From NCBI RefSeq assembly GCF_041146345.1, contig NW_027191406.1, positions 372,001 through 436,000 on the forward strand: a stretch of 64,000 nucleotides of DNA. The letters run 5' to 3'. Position numbers and translations under genes: made by a program. Origin of the DNA: Neodothiora populina (Eukaryota). Numbering within the stretch: position 1 is the stretch's first letter; every line of letters begins with the position of its first letter. The notes under the pieces are model-generated. The model had not been told where the DNA came from, did no database searches, and saw only the letters and a program-made list of their open reading frames with translations. Below, in pieces: positions 28,401 to 39,538 of this stretch.

Positions 28401-30042
28401 ACATCAGGTGCTTGTCTTCCGTGGTCAGATCATGCGCCAGACCATCTTCGAGTCTGAAAGGGAGATCGAGCAGATGACCAATAGCCTGGAGACCATGCTG
28501 AGGAATGCCCGTCACTTGCTTCTTCTCGCGCCAATTCAACAAAGAACACGTGAAGAGGTCAGTCATGCTGCAGCTCGCCTGAATGCTATGCTCAAGTGGG
28601 TGCGGCGAGACATCTGGCGTCTAAAGTGCTACCGGGATATTCTCGCTCATGATCTGGAGATCGACAACGACCTTTTGCAAGGTAAGGCGGCACCGTCTAA
28701 TGGCTTACCTCCTCCTCCATCTTCGCCTCCGGTGACTCGTGCTCAAGCAGGCGGCCCGCATTGGGCCAAGTCTTCGCAGCCCAGCCAGACTACGGCGCCC
28801 TCTGTGGAACAGCCACAATCTCCGAGACTACGAGGAGCTACCGAGTCTGCCGCAGAAGAGTTCTTTGGTAATGATGTTTTCAAGACTCCTCCCGAGCACA
28901 ATCGAAAATCCGAGATCAATGGAGAGTGGAAGCTACCATCTCTTGATATGAACGCCGAGCGCAACCAGGACCGCTTGTCTGTCACTAGTTCCTCGCACGC
29001 CTTCCAAAGAAAGCATAGCACTGCAGGCTTATCCACCACATCCAGTGCATATGATCGACAATACTCGTTCGCCGGGTCTGATGCACTATCAAGACCCGGC
29101 CTTGGAGATCACGCTCCAAGTTTCGATGATCGTGAGCGCGAAGTCTTGATGCTCGCGCGGGATGACCTGGCGCCTACAGTCACCGGAACATCTGCTGTCT
29201 CAGCCGGGAAGCCTCAGGCTTTCGATTTCGCGTCTGGATCTACTCCTCAGGACAGCGCGTCGAAACCAAAAAACAGACGGAGTCTGCATCGAACTCTACG
29301 CGACGTCCGCAACGAGCATTCTTCTATACATCGCCACCGCAAAGGCAAAGACAGTGCCAGTACTGTGCATTCTGATACGAGCCACGTCGGTGATCTACCT
29401 GCCGAAGGTGCACCCGTCTTGGAAAGATCAACCGGGAAATTCATTGTACACGGCAAAAAGGCGTCTGTCGTTACTTTCGGAGGAGACTGGACGGAAGAGA
29501 AGATGCGAGTAAGGATGGAACTTGAGGCTCGCAACCAAACTACTATTGGAGAGGCAGAAGAGAGTGGACCTGAAGCCAACCTTCGCCGACATCTCGAACG
29601 CCAGATGGCGGCTTCGGAGGACTTGGACGGATTCACCAGTGACAGCACGGCGCCACCAAAGCATCGTACGCTCAGTGATGCCGACACCTTTGTCTCTAGT
29701 ATTGATCATGATCATGACCGTTTCGAACCAGCCTCGATCTCTGCGCCTCATCTTGGCTCCTTCGATCATGGCCACGCAGGCCTCTTGGAGCGCGAAGAAG
29801 AACCACAGGGTTATTTCAATCTTGGCCAAGCCCAGTCCCCAAGCCAGGCCGAAGATGAGGTTCAAAAGCCAGTCTTCAAGCAGCCGAATTTCTCCCCACC
29901 GACTTCAGAAGTCATCCGCGAGCCGACCAAGGATATTGCGCCCGAACAACTCCCTCTGCCACTATCACCTCCTGACCCCACCCCTGAAAATGTGAAAGAG
30001 GATGATACTGCAGTCCAATCACTCGGGGATGGTGCAGCTTGA
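25474..30042 (+). CDS. Sec7 + PH domain Arf guanine-nucleotide exchange factor (Syt1-like)
   Basis: 1522-aa intronless ORF. Sec7 motifs LRKFL..ELPKETQQVDRV and FSLMMLHTDAFN. PH domain from KVGLLWRK to EMNEWIALLNYAA. Confidence 0.88.
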   Translation: MPLLSRRRSTIDVLFNDLNFAASDPAATTTAAAAHADDNAVGKKPAAPPAPGPAAALSSSPTLDAVASFIVPRLRRPSTAHPLSEGSRSFDSPARNHSERPDSPPVQDATPAHGRFSRLRWRHFSDTQLAATARAHAEQEERPPLPDPSPPLPPLATTAPAIITTAPTMDPPNPTPTPPKKPKSPFKRQMSKFTSSKHLLANNSSNNHSSTSLMEKKPMRQSTEHSETPKHLGPWRKSFDRKERRDDHVRPMPAADSAPRNPAPPAYGDESNSALALPLERLSVSSAGDRSSSEHVTYATTTTTHTISTTTTLFKLPRRNRRKSLFPLPPKFEPPPEQIDLSPASPRASTSAISTHSNIETPGSLGPTPRVALHRRHTEVSRPRLFTSSSVSPSHNSLARSAIAFAAHPGAPLIRNDSTHSANSARSSNGLAPPRRTGLRDRSSTMGSLGRTSEDLTPPTPPNQASGRTSTSTSGRTSLGGFLNLNRFRHGSDPNARNSSPGHSKTGSFALASREALIIPDREEGDTPGKYLERLQATVSRSLIAGILSKSADPFAQAVLRSYSRKFPFFGEPIDMSLRKFLLEAELPKETQQVDRVIQAFADRYHECNPGIFQSPDKAYIVAFSLMMLHTDAFNKNNKRKMQKQDYVKNTSGQNVSDDILACFYDNICYTPFIHFDEEVDINGERLLTFKPKKSKLRGTMPDPVRKTSGPIDPYALICDGKLDVLRPPIKEAINTDDPYTYLGTAGTLDIHRLQRAFVNTGILQIISARSRPAAFESQATRDNPNDTAAGVVDLKITKVGLLWRKNPKRKKARSPWQEWGAIMTGSQLYLFKNINWIKGLMAQQQAHNKQATNAPVIFNPPIQDFKPDALIKTDDAVALLDSSYTRHKDAFTLVRHGGQEEVLLAENESEMNEWIALLNYAAAFRSAGVRIRGFIGCRETDASAPKTKDQMALSNAAGQALPDATSTQPVAPQLVHQVLVFRGQIMRQTIFESEREIEQMTNSLETMLRNARHLLLLAPIQQRTREEVSHAAARLNAMLKWVRRDIWRLKCYRDILAHDLEIDNDLLQGKAAPSNGLPPPPSSPPVTRAQAGGPHWAKSSQPSQTTAPSVEQPQSPRLRGATESAAEEFFGNDVFKTPPEHNRKSEINGEWKLPSLDMNAERNQDRLSVTSSSHAFQRKHSTAGLSTTSSAYDRQYSFAGSDALSRPGLGDHAPSFDDREREVLMLARDDLAPTVTGTSAVSAGKPQAFDFASGSTPQDSASKPKNRRSLHRTLRDVRNEHSSIHRHRKGKDSASTVHSDTSHVGDLPAEGAPVLERSTGKFIVHGKKASVVTFGGDWTEEKMRVRMELEARNQTTIGEAEESGPEANLRRHLERQMAASEDLDGFTSDSTAPPKHRTLSDADTFVSSIDHDHDRFEPASISAPHLGSFDHGHAGLLEREEEPQGYFNLGQAQSPSQAEDEVQKPVFKQPNFSPPTSEVIREPTKDIAPEQLPLPLSPPDPTPENVKEDDTAVQSLGDGAA

Positions 30043-31585
30043 GCAGCGTCTTGCGCCCAGGTTTCTTGCTTTGACCAACACCCGAGGTTCGCAAAACTTC
30101 CACGCTGGTCGTGCGCGGTCTCTTACAATGTTTTCTTTTCGATTCCGCTTCCGGTTATTTTTTCTACTCAAAAGCATTCATCGCATGATTCCCCCTTGCT
30201 TCATCTAGCGTGTCATTCACGAAGCGGTTTTGTTTCTCATTTTCCAGCAATTGCATAAGATGCACGAATTCAAGGCGCGCATACAAACCTTCGAGGTGGA
30301 AACCACACCTGGCGGAATTCGATGTTCTGCTCAGGGTGTTGCATGACTTTTCTCAGAGCGTTCTCTGTTTCTTCCCTTTGTTTTATCTTTCTCTGGCGGT
30401 ATTTTGCATTTTTGTTTTTTGCTTCCAAAGCATGGACTGGAGAAATCTTCTCTCGAGCTCGGTGTCGGGCTCGAGGTTTTGTATGTTTAGTTTCTAGCAT
30501 AGAACGTATCCCAGGAGACGCAGCGTGATGCGAGGTTCTTGCTTGACGCATTCTGGGAGTTGGTGTCTTTGTCTATCTGCTGCTGTGATTCATGTCTATC
30601 TTATGTGCGAAGTATATCAAAGGTATGGCTGTCTAATTCAGGGGTCACCTGTAGATAAAACTTGATCGGAATGCTGATTAGATGAGTTCTGTGCGTGAAG
30701 GGACAATGATGCAAAGGGTCACCCTGGCTATACTACAAAAGAAGAACAACATTGCACATACAGTCGTAGCCAGCCGTAACCACCTGCAATTACTCGTCAA
30801 ACGGGGCAGCTGATTGAGAGCAACGCTGTCCATCTCGCGTTGATGGCGGTTCCTTCGTCTTTATTCCCCAATCTAGAGAGCTACTCAAATGGGTTAGCAA
30901 CAACTGAGTAAACAAGGGCTCAGTCAGCCTATGAACATTGTAGAGAGCGTTGACGCATCGATTTATCTTATGCAACAGCTGCACGCCATTGGAGTTGATA
31001 CATCTTTCATGCAACCAGTCTTTGTGATTTGCTATCTTTTGTGTTTACTAGCCTACAGCCAATGGATCATAGTCGGTCGTTGGTCCAGCGTTATAGCTCC
31101 ACGGCATGTGGCTGTAAGTAGTAGTCCTATAGCCAACGGCGCTCGGTAAATCCACTGCCGCGAGCGTCTTGGCCCCCAGAGCAATAAACGTCACCAACAA
31201 GGTTAATTAATGTCTGTCTTGCTATAAGAGACGAAAAGGCATGCGTGGACTGTGGATCCCCCCGGAGGTTCCACCCTAATAGCTCAGAAGAAAGGCGCAC
31301 TAACTGACGCGGCCGCGAAAGGTAACTCCAACTCTGTAGCCGTAGACTTTGTGTTTCCCAAAAGCATATAAACCAGTACATCAAGGTTGTCCCTTGTTTG
31401 CAGAGAAAGCACGCGACCATAAGAAAATCAGGAAAAATTCAAACTGCACTCTTCTTTCTTTGTTTCTGTTCTTGGTGCAAACGGGGAGGATAGACGCTAC
31501 CACCACTGCAGCCGGACTACAGTCTACCTAGATAAATAAGCGTCCTGTCATTCCACCACATGCGCGCGCGACTGCTTCTTCGACC

Positions 31586-33232
31586 ATGAGCGAAAAGCAG
31601 CGCCTATCACCTCTTCACCACCTCGGATACACAGACGACGAAGACGACGACGATGACGAGGAGTGGCCTCTAGCATACATCAAAGAAGGAACATCAGCGA
31701 CAAGATCATCTCAGACATCTCGTCACGACTCGACGACTCGACCGCTGATAGACAAAGTGACGAATGCATGGCGCAGCGGCAAGACCAATGTTCACGTGCA
31801 CTCTTCCGACGACGACAGCAGTAGTGACGACGACAGAGATTGCGGCGAATACTGTGATTGCGAAACGACAGACCCTATATGCTACGTTGCCTCGGCGGCG
31901 GTAAGGAATCGGAGGATCCGGCGCAGCATGTATCTTTTGTTACTGGCCATCATCGCCTACATTGGCTATCGAGTGTTTCTGAAAGAGGGCTGGGACGAAG
32001 AAAAAGCCATGTTACAGAGCTTCAATTCACCGAAAGGCACATATGGATTGCAGGACTGGAATAAATTCTCGGATATTGTGCAGATGAAGGAACTCCAAGC
32101 AGAACATTTACCTGGGGGCGAATACGACATGGAAGGGAAGCGACGCCTGGTCTTCGTCGGCGACATTCACGGGTGCAACGACGAACTCAAGAAACTCATG
32201 GATAAGATCGGCTTCAACAAGGACAAAGACCACTTGATCTGCACTGGCGACGTAATCTCCAAAGGGCCCGACTCTCTGGGAGTCATCGACACATTGATAT
32301 CTCTAAACGCCTCATCAGTGCGAGGCAACCACGAAGACAAAGCATTAGTCGCCGCGAAGCGCGGACTGAAACATACAGCGCTCGACAGCGCGACGCGCAA
32401 AGAACTAGCCGCGAACCTCAAGGCCGAAGACCTGTCGCCGTACTTTGAGCGCCACCACATGGACTGGCTACGCAGCTTGCCTCTGATAATTCACATCCCC
32501 GCCATAACGCGCCTCTCGACAACCTCAACCTCTCCTCGCGCAGCAGCAGCAGCAGCACCAGCACAAGAAGCCTCCGACCTCGAAGACCCAGACCTCCTAA
32601 TCCTCTCCAAGACCAAGAAAGGCGCCAAAAAACTCCTCCACATGCGGCCCATCCACGACGAAATCCACGTCGTGCACGGCGGCCTCGTGCCCGGCCTGCC
32701 TCTGCGCCGCCAGGATCCGTATTCCGTAATGAACATGCGCAGCCTGTCGCGGTCGTCGCACGTGCCGAGTCGTGACCGCGAAAAGGGCGTCGCGTGGGAG
32801 AAGATGTGGAACTGGTACAACGACCGCCTCGCAAAACACCGTGGCCGCGGCGCAGGCGGAGTCAAGAAGTGGTCTTGGTTCCAGGAGGATTACGAACTTA
32901 TTCCACCTCCCGCAGCCCTGCTGCCTCCATCGCAGGATACCAACCCCGACGAGAACGCACGCGATTCATGGACTTGGCCTACGCCTCCCTCCTGGCTCGA
33001 GAAATTCCTCAAAGGCACAAGCGAGACGGACCCCGACGACCTGCTCAGACTCAAGCTCCAGAGTCCCAGCGTGGTCGTCTACGGGCATGATAGTCCGCGG
33101 GGGTTGAACCTGCATCGGTGGACGAAGGGGCTGGACAGTGGGTGTGTGCGCGGGGGATACTTGACTGCGCTTGTGGTTGATGCGTGGGGACGGGCCAGGC
33201 TCGTGCAGGTGCGGTGCGGGAAACATGTTTAA
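31586..33232 (+). CDS. Membrane-anchored calcineurin-like metallophosphoesterase (Ppn2/YNL217W-like)
   Basis: One TM segment (MYLLLLAIIAYIGY), then GDIHG, GDVISKG, GNHE, HGG, GHD and LDSGC motifs. Confidence 0.85.
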   Translation: MSEKQRLSPLHHLGYTDDEDDDDDEEWPLAYIKEGTSATRSSQTSRHDSTTRPLIDKVTNAWRSGKTNVHVHSSDDDSSSDDDRDCGEYCDCETTDPICYVASAAVRNRRIRRSMYLLLLAIIAYIGYRVFLKEGWDEEKAMLQSFNSPKGTYGLQDWNKFSDIVQMKELQAEHLPGGEYDMEGKRRLVFVGDIHGCNDELKKLMDKIGFNKDKDHLICTGDVISKGPDSLGVIDTLISLNASSVRGNHEDKALVAAKRGLKHTALDSATRKELAANLKAEDLSPYFERHHMDWLRSLPLIIHIPAITRLSTTSTSPRAAAAAAPAQEASDLEDPDLLILSKTKKGAKKLLHMRPIHDEIHVVHGGLVPGLPLRRQDPYSVMNMRSLSRSSHVPSRDREKGVAWEKMWNWYNDRLAKHRGRGAGGVKKWSWFQEDYELIPPPAALLPPSQDTNPDENARDSWTWPTPPSWLEKFLKGTSETDPDDLLRLKLQSPSVVVYGHDSPRGLNLHRWTKGLDSGCVRGGYLTALVVDAWGRARLVQVRCGKHV

Positions 33233-33906
33233 GGCTTTTTTGTTGTTCGTGCTTATCTTGCTGTTCTGGCTGTCTCTGGAGGGTTGTTCTGTGGGCATGT
33301 TGGTTATTTTTCCTCGCTGGGAGTTTTGGGTTTTGGCTTTTTCTGAGCTTGAGACATGGGTTTGCATTCGTCGGTTCCTTGAAGCACTTGATCATGTTTG
33401 TTTGCTTGTTCTTTTGGGATGCTGGGTCTGTTCGTTTCGACTCGCTCGCACGAATAGGGTGACTTGGTGGTCTTACATAACACGGCGGAAGAAGAGTCTT
33501 GCCACACACACAGCATGTGGCGAATTCATAGAATATTACCGAGGAGGGGGTAGAAGTTCAGCAATGGAGTTTGTGAAGGACGGGATCACTTCCCACCACT
33601 TCCTTCCTGCATTAAAGCTGTCAAGGCAGAGGAAACAAAAACAAGATTCGAGGACGCACTCAATTGGCTGGTTGGCTGGCTGTCTGGATACGGCTAGAAA
33701 GACGAAACGGCAGGAGGGGGTATATATGACTTGAAGAAACCCAAAAAAAAACCGAAACAAAGGGGCTTTAGGGAAAACCTAAAAGTCCACGACAGAACAC
33801 TCGACCATCGCTACAGTCATGATCGTGAGATGAAAACGTGGCTCCTACACCATCCAGAGAACAGCACAGCCGGGGCATGCAACATGTAACATGACCCATC
33901 TCACAC

Positions 33907-35312
33907 TCACGCATACCATCCTCGACTGCCGACCTGCGTGCTCGATTCAGCGCGGTGCTCGATCAGCGGCTCTCGTATGCAGTAGGCACGGACCAGCTTC
34001 TCCCACGTGGCGACGTCGATGCTGAAGACGGCCTGGTGCTTTCTGGATGTCTTTTCGCGCTGTTCTGAGGCGGGAGACTGGTCGGCGGGGACTACGATGG
34101 CGTTAGCTTGCGAGATTACTGATGAGTAGCGAAAGAGAGGATGAACTCACTGAGGGTCGGGAGGCCATCAGAATCCATTTCGATGCCTACATTTCCTTCC
34201 TTGATCAGGAAGCTGACATAGAAGATGTTCTCCACAGTCTGTGCGAAGCTGGTCGGGTTTATGACGAAATCAAAGAGATGCGGCCCTCCTGTCTCGCCGA
34301 CTCGTAGCCTCGTCATCAGCTCGTCTGTCAATTCACCGGCCTCATTCACAGCGGCTTCAGCCCGCTGGCAGTGTCGTTGCAGTGTCGACCGAATCTTTGA
34401 GCAAATGACAGTCAATGTGTTTGTTTCTGTCGTCCCGAGGTCGTCTTTCGTGAGTGCTTCCGGGCGGACCTCCTGGCCGGCGTTATCCCGTGCTTGTCGC
34501 GGTCGTCGCTGGGTTTGGGTGCGAGCCTTTTTCTGGACTGACAGAGGACCTAAGAGAAAAGCTGGTACAGGCGGACGGGAGTTGGAGGCAAAGCATGCAC
34601 GAGCGCCAAAACGGGCCCAGTCGAGATAGTCAGCGTGTTCCTGATCGTCGTCATCTTCGTCTCCACTGAGTCTGCGGCGCCTGGCTTGTGTAGCGGTAGA
34701 GGCAGCGTGACCGGTGTCTGGTCTCATGAACGTGATGCATTTCGACACAAACTCGTCCACGTCGAGTCCAGTGGACGTGTCACCCAGTAACATCCGAGCC
34801 GACTTTTTCGAAAGAAGATCGGACACATTGACCATGAGACGAGAATCGAGGGTGGCATCCGAGGTCTGCTTGACGTCTCCGAATATGGAGTTCGCCCGAT
34901 TGATGGTGTTTTGCAGGCCATTGTCGTTGCTTCGCAGGTACCGATCTCGATTATCATTAAACTCGCGTTCCAGCGCGCGCGACTTTTTCTTCAGCCGTTG
35001 ACGCTCCTCGGGGTTTTGGTCCGGGTTGTAGTATTTTCGCGGGTCTTCTTCATCTTCGAGAAGGGTGGCTGTTCTCGAAGTCTCCGGTCGTCTTCGCTTG
35101 GTGGAGGGAGGGACGGCGTCATCCGAGGTTGATGGATTCCCACGCCGCGGCGGCGGCATTCGTCCTTTTCCTTTGTTCCTCGGGGCGGCGCGTGGAGTCG
35201 CTTGGTTTTCCTTGTCCGAGGCAGCGCTCGGAGATGGACTGTGGGCGGGAGTGTGGTTGTAGTCTACCGATGGGGTCGTGGAACGAAGTCTACTGCTGGG
35301 AGGCCGAGCCAT
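33907..35312 (-). CDS. NSE4: Smc5/6 complex kleisin Nse4
   Basis: [49 protein letters not shown]. Intron 34150-34092, last exon [11 protein letters not shown]...EPLIEHR, stop at 33907-33909. Confidence 0.92.
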
Positions 35313-36080
35313 ACTTCCTCAGTGTTGATGGTGATGGATATGAAGAGCTGAACCTAGCGCCGCCGATTCGAGTGACAGCGGCAGAGGCGGACGAGGTGGG
35401 CGTGGTTGACGTTGACGCTATGCAGATACAAGTATCGCAAGGTCTCACAGGGTGTCGATAAGAAAGCAAATTCCTGCACGCTGTAGCTGCAGTGAATTAG
35501 ACCCGACGACTCCAGAGCTGGGCGACGGAACGACAAACGATGCCACGAAGAATGACAGACAATCGCTAATGTGTTGATATCATCATAATGTATCATAATA
35601 TCGATATAGTTACGCGCGCCAACCAGCTCAGAAGCACTTTCTTCGCACGCGGTGGTCCTTGCGCCTGTCGTTCGCGTGCCGTATGCCCGTCTTATCTCCT
35701 TCTCAGTCCGATGACAAACAGCACCATCTTATCTTATCGTCTCATCGATCGTCGACAAGGGCCGTCCTATCACCACGTGACACTCTGCGACAATCAAGCC
35801 TCGGCCCGACGCGTAGTGAACCAGGACTGAGTTTTGGGTCAGCATGTCCACCTTGGCGCATGTCATTGGTTGACGAGTCGATGAGTCTGACAACAATTAA
35901 TTAGTGGACCGATCTCTGGACGCAACGCCGAGGCAGCTCGATCGCCGCAACATGTCTACTAAACATTGATCATTTCTCCGAGAAACATGCCTGGCAAGAC
36001 ACAGCAACAACACATCACAGCATACACACCACACATCTGCTTCGATTCAGAAGCTGTCGGTTCGCACAAGCACCCCCTCG

Positions 36081-37370
36081 ATGAGTGTTCGCGCCCCGAT
36101 CGCTCGCCTCGCCCGGCGTGCTGCCACCCCGCGCGCCACTGTCCCTCTGGCGGCGAGAGAACCTCTGTCGGCACAATGGTGGAAGCCATCTAGGAGCATG
36201 GCCAGCGTGGTGCCGCCAGTCACCCAGGACAACGCTGGCAGCAAAGGCCCGACGGCAATGGTGTTCATGAACATGGGCGGGCCCGCCACCACAGACGAAG
36301 TCGGCGATTTCCTCAGCAGACTATTCGCCGACGGCGACCTGATCCCCCTCGGTCGACTACAGAACTATCTGGGCCCCTTGATCTCCAAGCGACGAACCCC
36401 CAAGATCAAGAAGCAATACGCCGACATTGGCGGCGGCTCGCCCATCCGCAAGTGGTCCGAATACCAGAACGCAGAGATGTGCAAGGTCCTCGACCGCATC
36501 TCGCCCGAGACCGCCCCCCACAAGCCCTATGTCATGTTCCGATACGCGAACCCTCTGACCGAAGACACGTACCAGCAGATGCTGGACGACGGCTTCGGCC
36601 GCGGCAGGGGAGGAAGAGCGGTGGCATTCACGCAATACCCACAGTACTCGTGCAGCACGACGGGCAGCTCCATCAACGAGCTGTGGAAATGGCGACAACG
36701 ACTCGAGACCAAGCGCGCAGGCGAAGACGTCGACGAGGCCGGCGCCATCCACTGGAGCGTCATCGACAGATGGCCCACCCACCCCGCCCTCGTCGAGGCC
36801 TTTGCCCAGAACATCCAAGCCACTCTGGCAACCTACCCGGAAGACCGCCGCAAGAACGCCGTCGTCCTCTACTCGGCGCACTCCCTGCCCATGAGCGTCG
36901 TGAACAGAGGCGACCCGTACCCGGCCGAAGTCGCCGCGACAGTGCACGCGGTGCAGCAACGGTTGGGCTTCCAGAACCCACACCGCCTGGTCTGGCAATC
37001 GCAGGTCGGGCCCTCGGCCTGGCTCGGCGCGCAGACAAGCGACACGGTGACCAACTTTGTCAAAAAGGGCCAGAAGGACCTCGTCCTCGTGCCCATCGCT
37101 TTCACCTCTGACCACATCGAGACCCTCTTCGAGATCGACCAGGAAGTCATCCACGAGGCCAACCAGCTCGGCGCCGACGGCGGCGTCAGGCGCGTCGAGA
37201 GCCTGAATGGCAACATGACCTTCATCAACGGCCTGGCGGATATCGCAAAGGTTCATCTCGAGAGCGGGCAGGTGTGCAGCAAGCAGATGGGCCTGAGGTG
37301 TCCTGGCTGTACCAGTGAGAGGTGTCTGGGCTCTAAGAAGTTCTTCACCAGGCAGGAGGCGTTGTTGTGA
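36081..37370 (+). CDS. HEM15: Mitochondrial ferrochelatase
   Basis: Presequence, MNMGGP, GGGSPI, FTQYPQYSCSTTGSS, SAHSLP, GDPY, WQSQVGP, PIAFTSDHIETL, C-terminal [2Fe-2S] Cys cluster. Confidence 0.97.
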   Translation: MSVRAPIARLARRAATPRATVPLAAREPLSAQWWKPSRSMASVVPPVTQDNAGSKGPTAMVFMNMGGPATTDEVGDFLSRLFADGDLIPLGRLQNYLGPLISKRRTPKIKKQYADIGGGSPIRKWSEYQNAEMCKVLDRISPETAPHKPYVMFRYANPLTEDTYQQMLDDGFGRGRGGRAVAFTQYPQYSCSTTGSSINELWKWRQRLETKRAGEDVDEAGAIHWSVIDRWPTHPALVEAFAQNIQATLATYPEDRRKNAVVLYSAHSLPMSVVNRGDPYPAEVAATVHAVQQRLGFQNPHRLVWQSQVGPSAWLGAQTSDTVTNFVKKGQKDLVLVPIAFTSDHIETLFEIDQEVIHEANQLGADGGVRRVESLNGNMTFINGLADIAKVHLESGQVCSKQMGLRCPGCTSERCLGSKKFFTRQEALL

Positions 37371-37708
37371 AAAGGTCATGATCTGGACGGCTAAGCTGTT
37401 CGGGTTTGTCGTCGTCGGTCCTCGTCGATGCTGAGTGTATGATTTTTTTCCGTGTCTAGCTAGCTCTCTTGCGCACACATCAGATATATGTTCTACTCTT
37501 GTATAATCATAGAAAAGTATCAGGGACAAACACTTTGTTCTGTCTCTACCTCTTCAAACGCAACGCCTGGACTCGCCGTGGGCAGATTGGTCTTTCGATC
37601 CCCTGACTCAATCAAGCTGTGAAGCTCTAGCTCTGTATCTACCCAATGATAATCTTGAATAGAAATCCTGCCCAGAGGTCATGTCATTCCATACATACAA
37701 ATACATAC

Positions 37709-39538
37709 TCAGCGATATCTATCGGGGCCCCTTCGTCTGCCGCCTCCGCCTCCACCGCCCCCTCCCCGATAGCTCTCTCCACCTCGTCCGAATGCAGCTC
37801 CACCCCCGTATTCCGGACCGCCATCAACCAGCACGTCTCCATCCTCGAATGTGTACCGTTTTAGTTGATCAAGGCCTCTACCCATCGAGTCGCCGTTCAG
37901 TCTGGCGTCTTTGCGCGGGTCCCAATCCCTGCTTGTTTCGCGGTCTAGCTCGTCAAGTCGTTTGTCCGCGAGCTTGTCGCTAACCGGCTGCCAGTAGAGT
38001 TTGGGTTTCGCCGCCGTGAACCTGAACAGTTTGTCGAGCTCGAGGAAAGAGGCGCTCGCTTCCTCGACGGATTTGGCCGTGGGTCGTCGCGATGGCGGTG
38101 GCTGCACATCTGAAGGTCTCCGTCTGTCGCTTTGTGAGACAGAAGGTCTTCGCGGTCCCGACGCGCTGCCTCCTGCTCCGCCTCGAGGACCGAGTGGGGC
38201 GCCAGGCATACCCTGAGCGAAAGAGGTCCGGGAACCGCCGCTGCCAGATGCTTCTATCAGTCGCACATCGACTCCATCCTCGACAACCTCGTATGCCACC
38301 TCCCATCTCTTGGCCGTGCTGGCTCGGGTGCCACCCTCTGATCTCTCCTGCTCCATCCAGCTAAACATGCGCTCTTCGGGAATGAAGTCGACCCAGAGCG
38401 GCTTGCGCTGAGCCTCGGCCGGCCAGACACGCGAGTGCAGGCTGGCTCGTGCTCTCGATGCTGCAGATATTGAGTCGAACAGCACAAAGGCATGTGTTTT
38501 GAGGGCGTCCACGTAGCATTCTTCGACAAGTCCATCGGAGGCGGAATTATCCGGCGGGGTAGCGAGGTGTTCTAAATGGTCCTTCATCGCGTTGACGTTG
38601 ATGGGACGTATCAATCCCTTTATGTAGAGAGCGCGTGTGGCAGGATGTAGGGCAGGGGCGGCATCGACGTTGTCATCTGGTACAACTGCACTGGAGTCTT
38701 GACCGGAGCCTGCCAATGGATTGATGATGTCTTTGAAGCGACGTTGGTTCGGGCTGCGTGCGGATCTGGACGTCGATGCTCGTCTCGGAGCAGGCTCTTG
38801 GTCGTCTGTGGTCGTCGCGGGATTTTCGACAGAGCGATCGACCTGCAAGACATCGTCACTGGTGGCCATGGGCTGCACGGTGGCGTCGGGATTATCGAGA
38901 GGGACATTAGGTGCGTCGACGTGCGACTCTTCCTCGTCCTGCTTGAGCTTTTTCACAGCGGATTCGTCTGCGACAGGTGGAGTCAAGCTTGGCCGCTTGC
39001 GCTTGCGGTTATCCGGTGATGACTCTTGACCTTGCGCTTCTGTGTTGGCTTCTTGGGCGACATCATCCATTGCGACGTCGTCGATGACTGGATCCTCAAT
39101 GGCATCTGCTTGCGCACCCGATTCATTGGTGGCATCATCTGTAGGGGCTGCCTGGACCACGTCCTCCTGTGCTGCTGATTCGACAGTATTTGTTGCTTGC
39201 GCAGCATCATCTGCGATAGTCTGGGTAGTCTGAGTGTCGGGTTGAGCGGGCTCCTGGGTTGGATGCTGCTCTTGCTCCGTCTGTTCTTGTTGCGCTTCCG
39301 GCTGTTCGCCGTTTTCTTCTGCCTTTCCGTTCTGCTCCACCTCGGCATCTAGCTTTTCTTCCTCATCATCAGCCTTCTCAGCGGCAGGTTCGTCTTCCTG
39401 GGCGCTTGTTTTGGCGTCATCGTCTTCGATGAGGCGGTCTATGATTTGCTGCTTGCGCGATAGGCCAGTGGAAGCTATGCTGCGCTTTTTGAGCTCCTCC
39501 TTGAGCTCTGTGACTTTCAGGTCGCTGTAGTCGGCCAT
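37709..39538 (-). CDS. SAP-domain protein with Acinus-like RRM
   Basis: N-terminal SAP (LKVTELKEELKKR...G.SRKQQIIDRL), RRM (TRALYIKGLIRP...KTHAFV...LHSRVWP..RKPLWVDF), LDKLFRFTAAKPKLYWQP motif. Confidence 0.85.
   Translation of the reverse strand: MADYSDLKVTELKEELKKRSIASTGLSRKQQIIDRLIEDDDAKTSAQEDEPAAEKADDEEEKLDAEVEQNGKAEENGEQPEAQQEQTEQEQHPTQEPAQPDTQTTQTIADDAAQATNTVESAAQEDVVQAAPTDDATNESGAQADAIEDPVIDDVAMDDVAQEANTEAQGQESSPDNRKRKRPSLTPPVADESAVKKLKQDEEESHVDAPNVPLDNPDATVQPMATSDDVLQVDRSVENPATTTDDQEPAPRRASTSRSARSPNQRRFKDIINPLAGSGQDSSAVVPDDNVDAAPALHPATRALYIKGLIRPINVNAMKDHLEHLATPPDNSASDGLVEECYVDALKTHAFVLFDSISAASRARASLHSRVWPAEAQRKPLWVDFIPEERMFSWMEQERSEGGTRASTAKRWEVAYEVVEDGVDVRLIEASGSGGSRTSFAQGMPGAPLGPRGGAGGSASGPRRPSVSQSDRRRPSDVQPPPSRRPTAKSVEEASASFLELDKLFRFTAAKPKLYWQPVSDKLADKRLDELDRETSRDWDPRKDARLNGDSMGRGLDQLKRYTFEDGDVLVDGGPEYGGGAAFGRGGESYRGGGGGGGGGRRRGPDRYR

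Noticed and set aside
36357..37529. 390-aa antisense ORF over HEM15, and similar long shadow ORFs over ECM14, VPS17 and the GPI protein
   Set aside because: Explained by strong GC3 codon bias of the real gene; no recognisable motifs.
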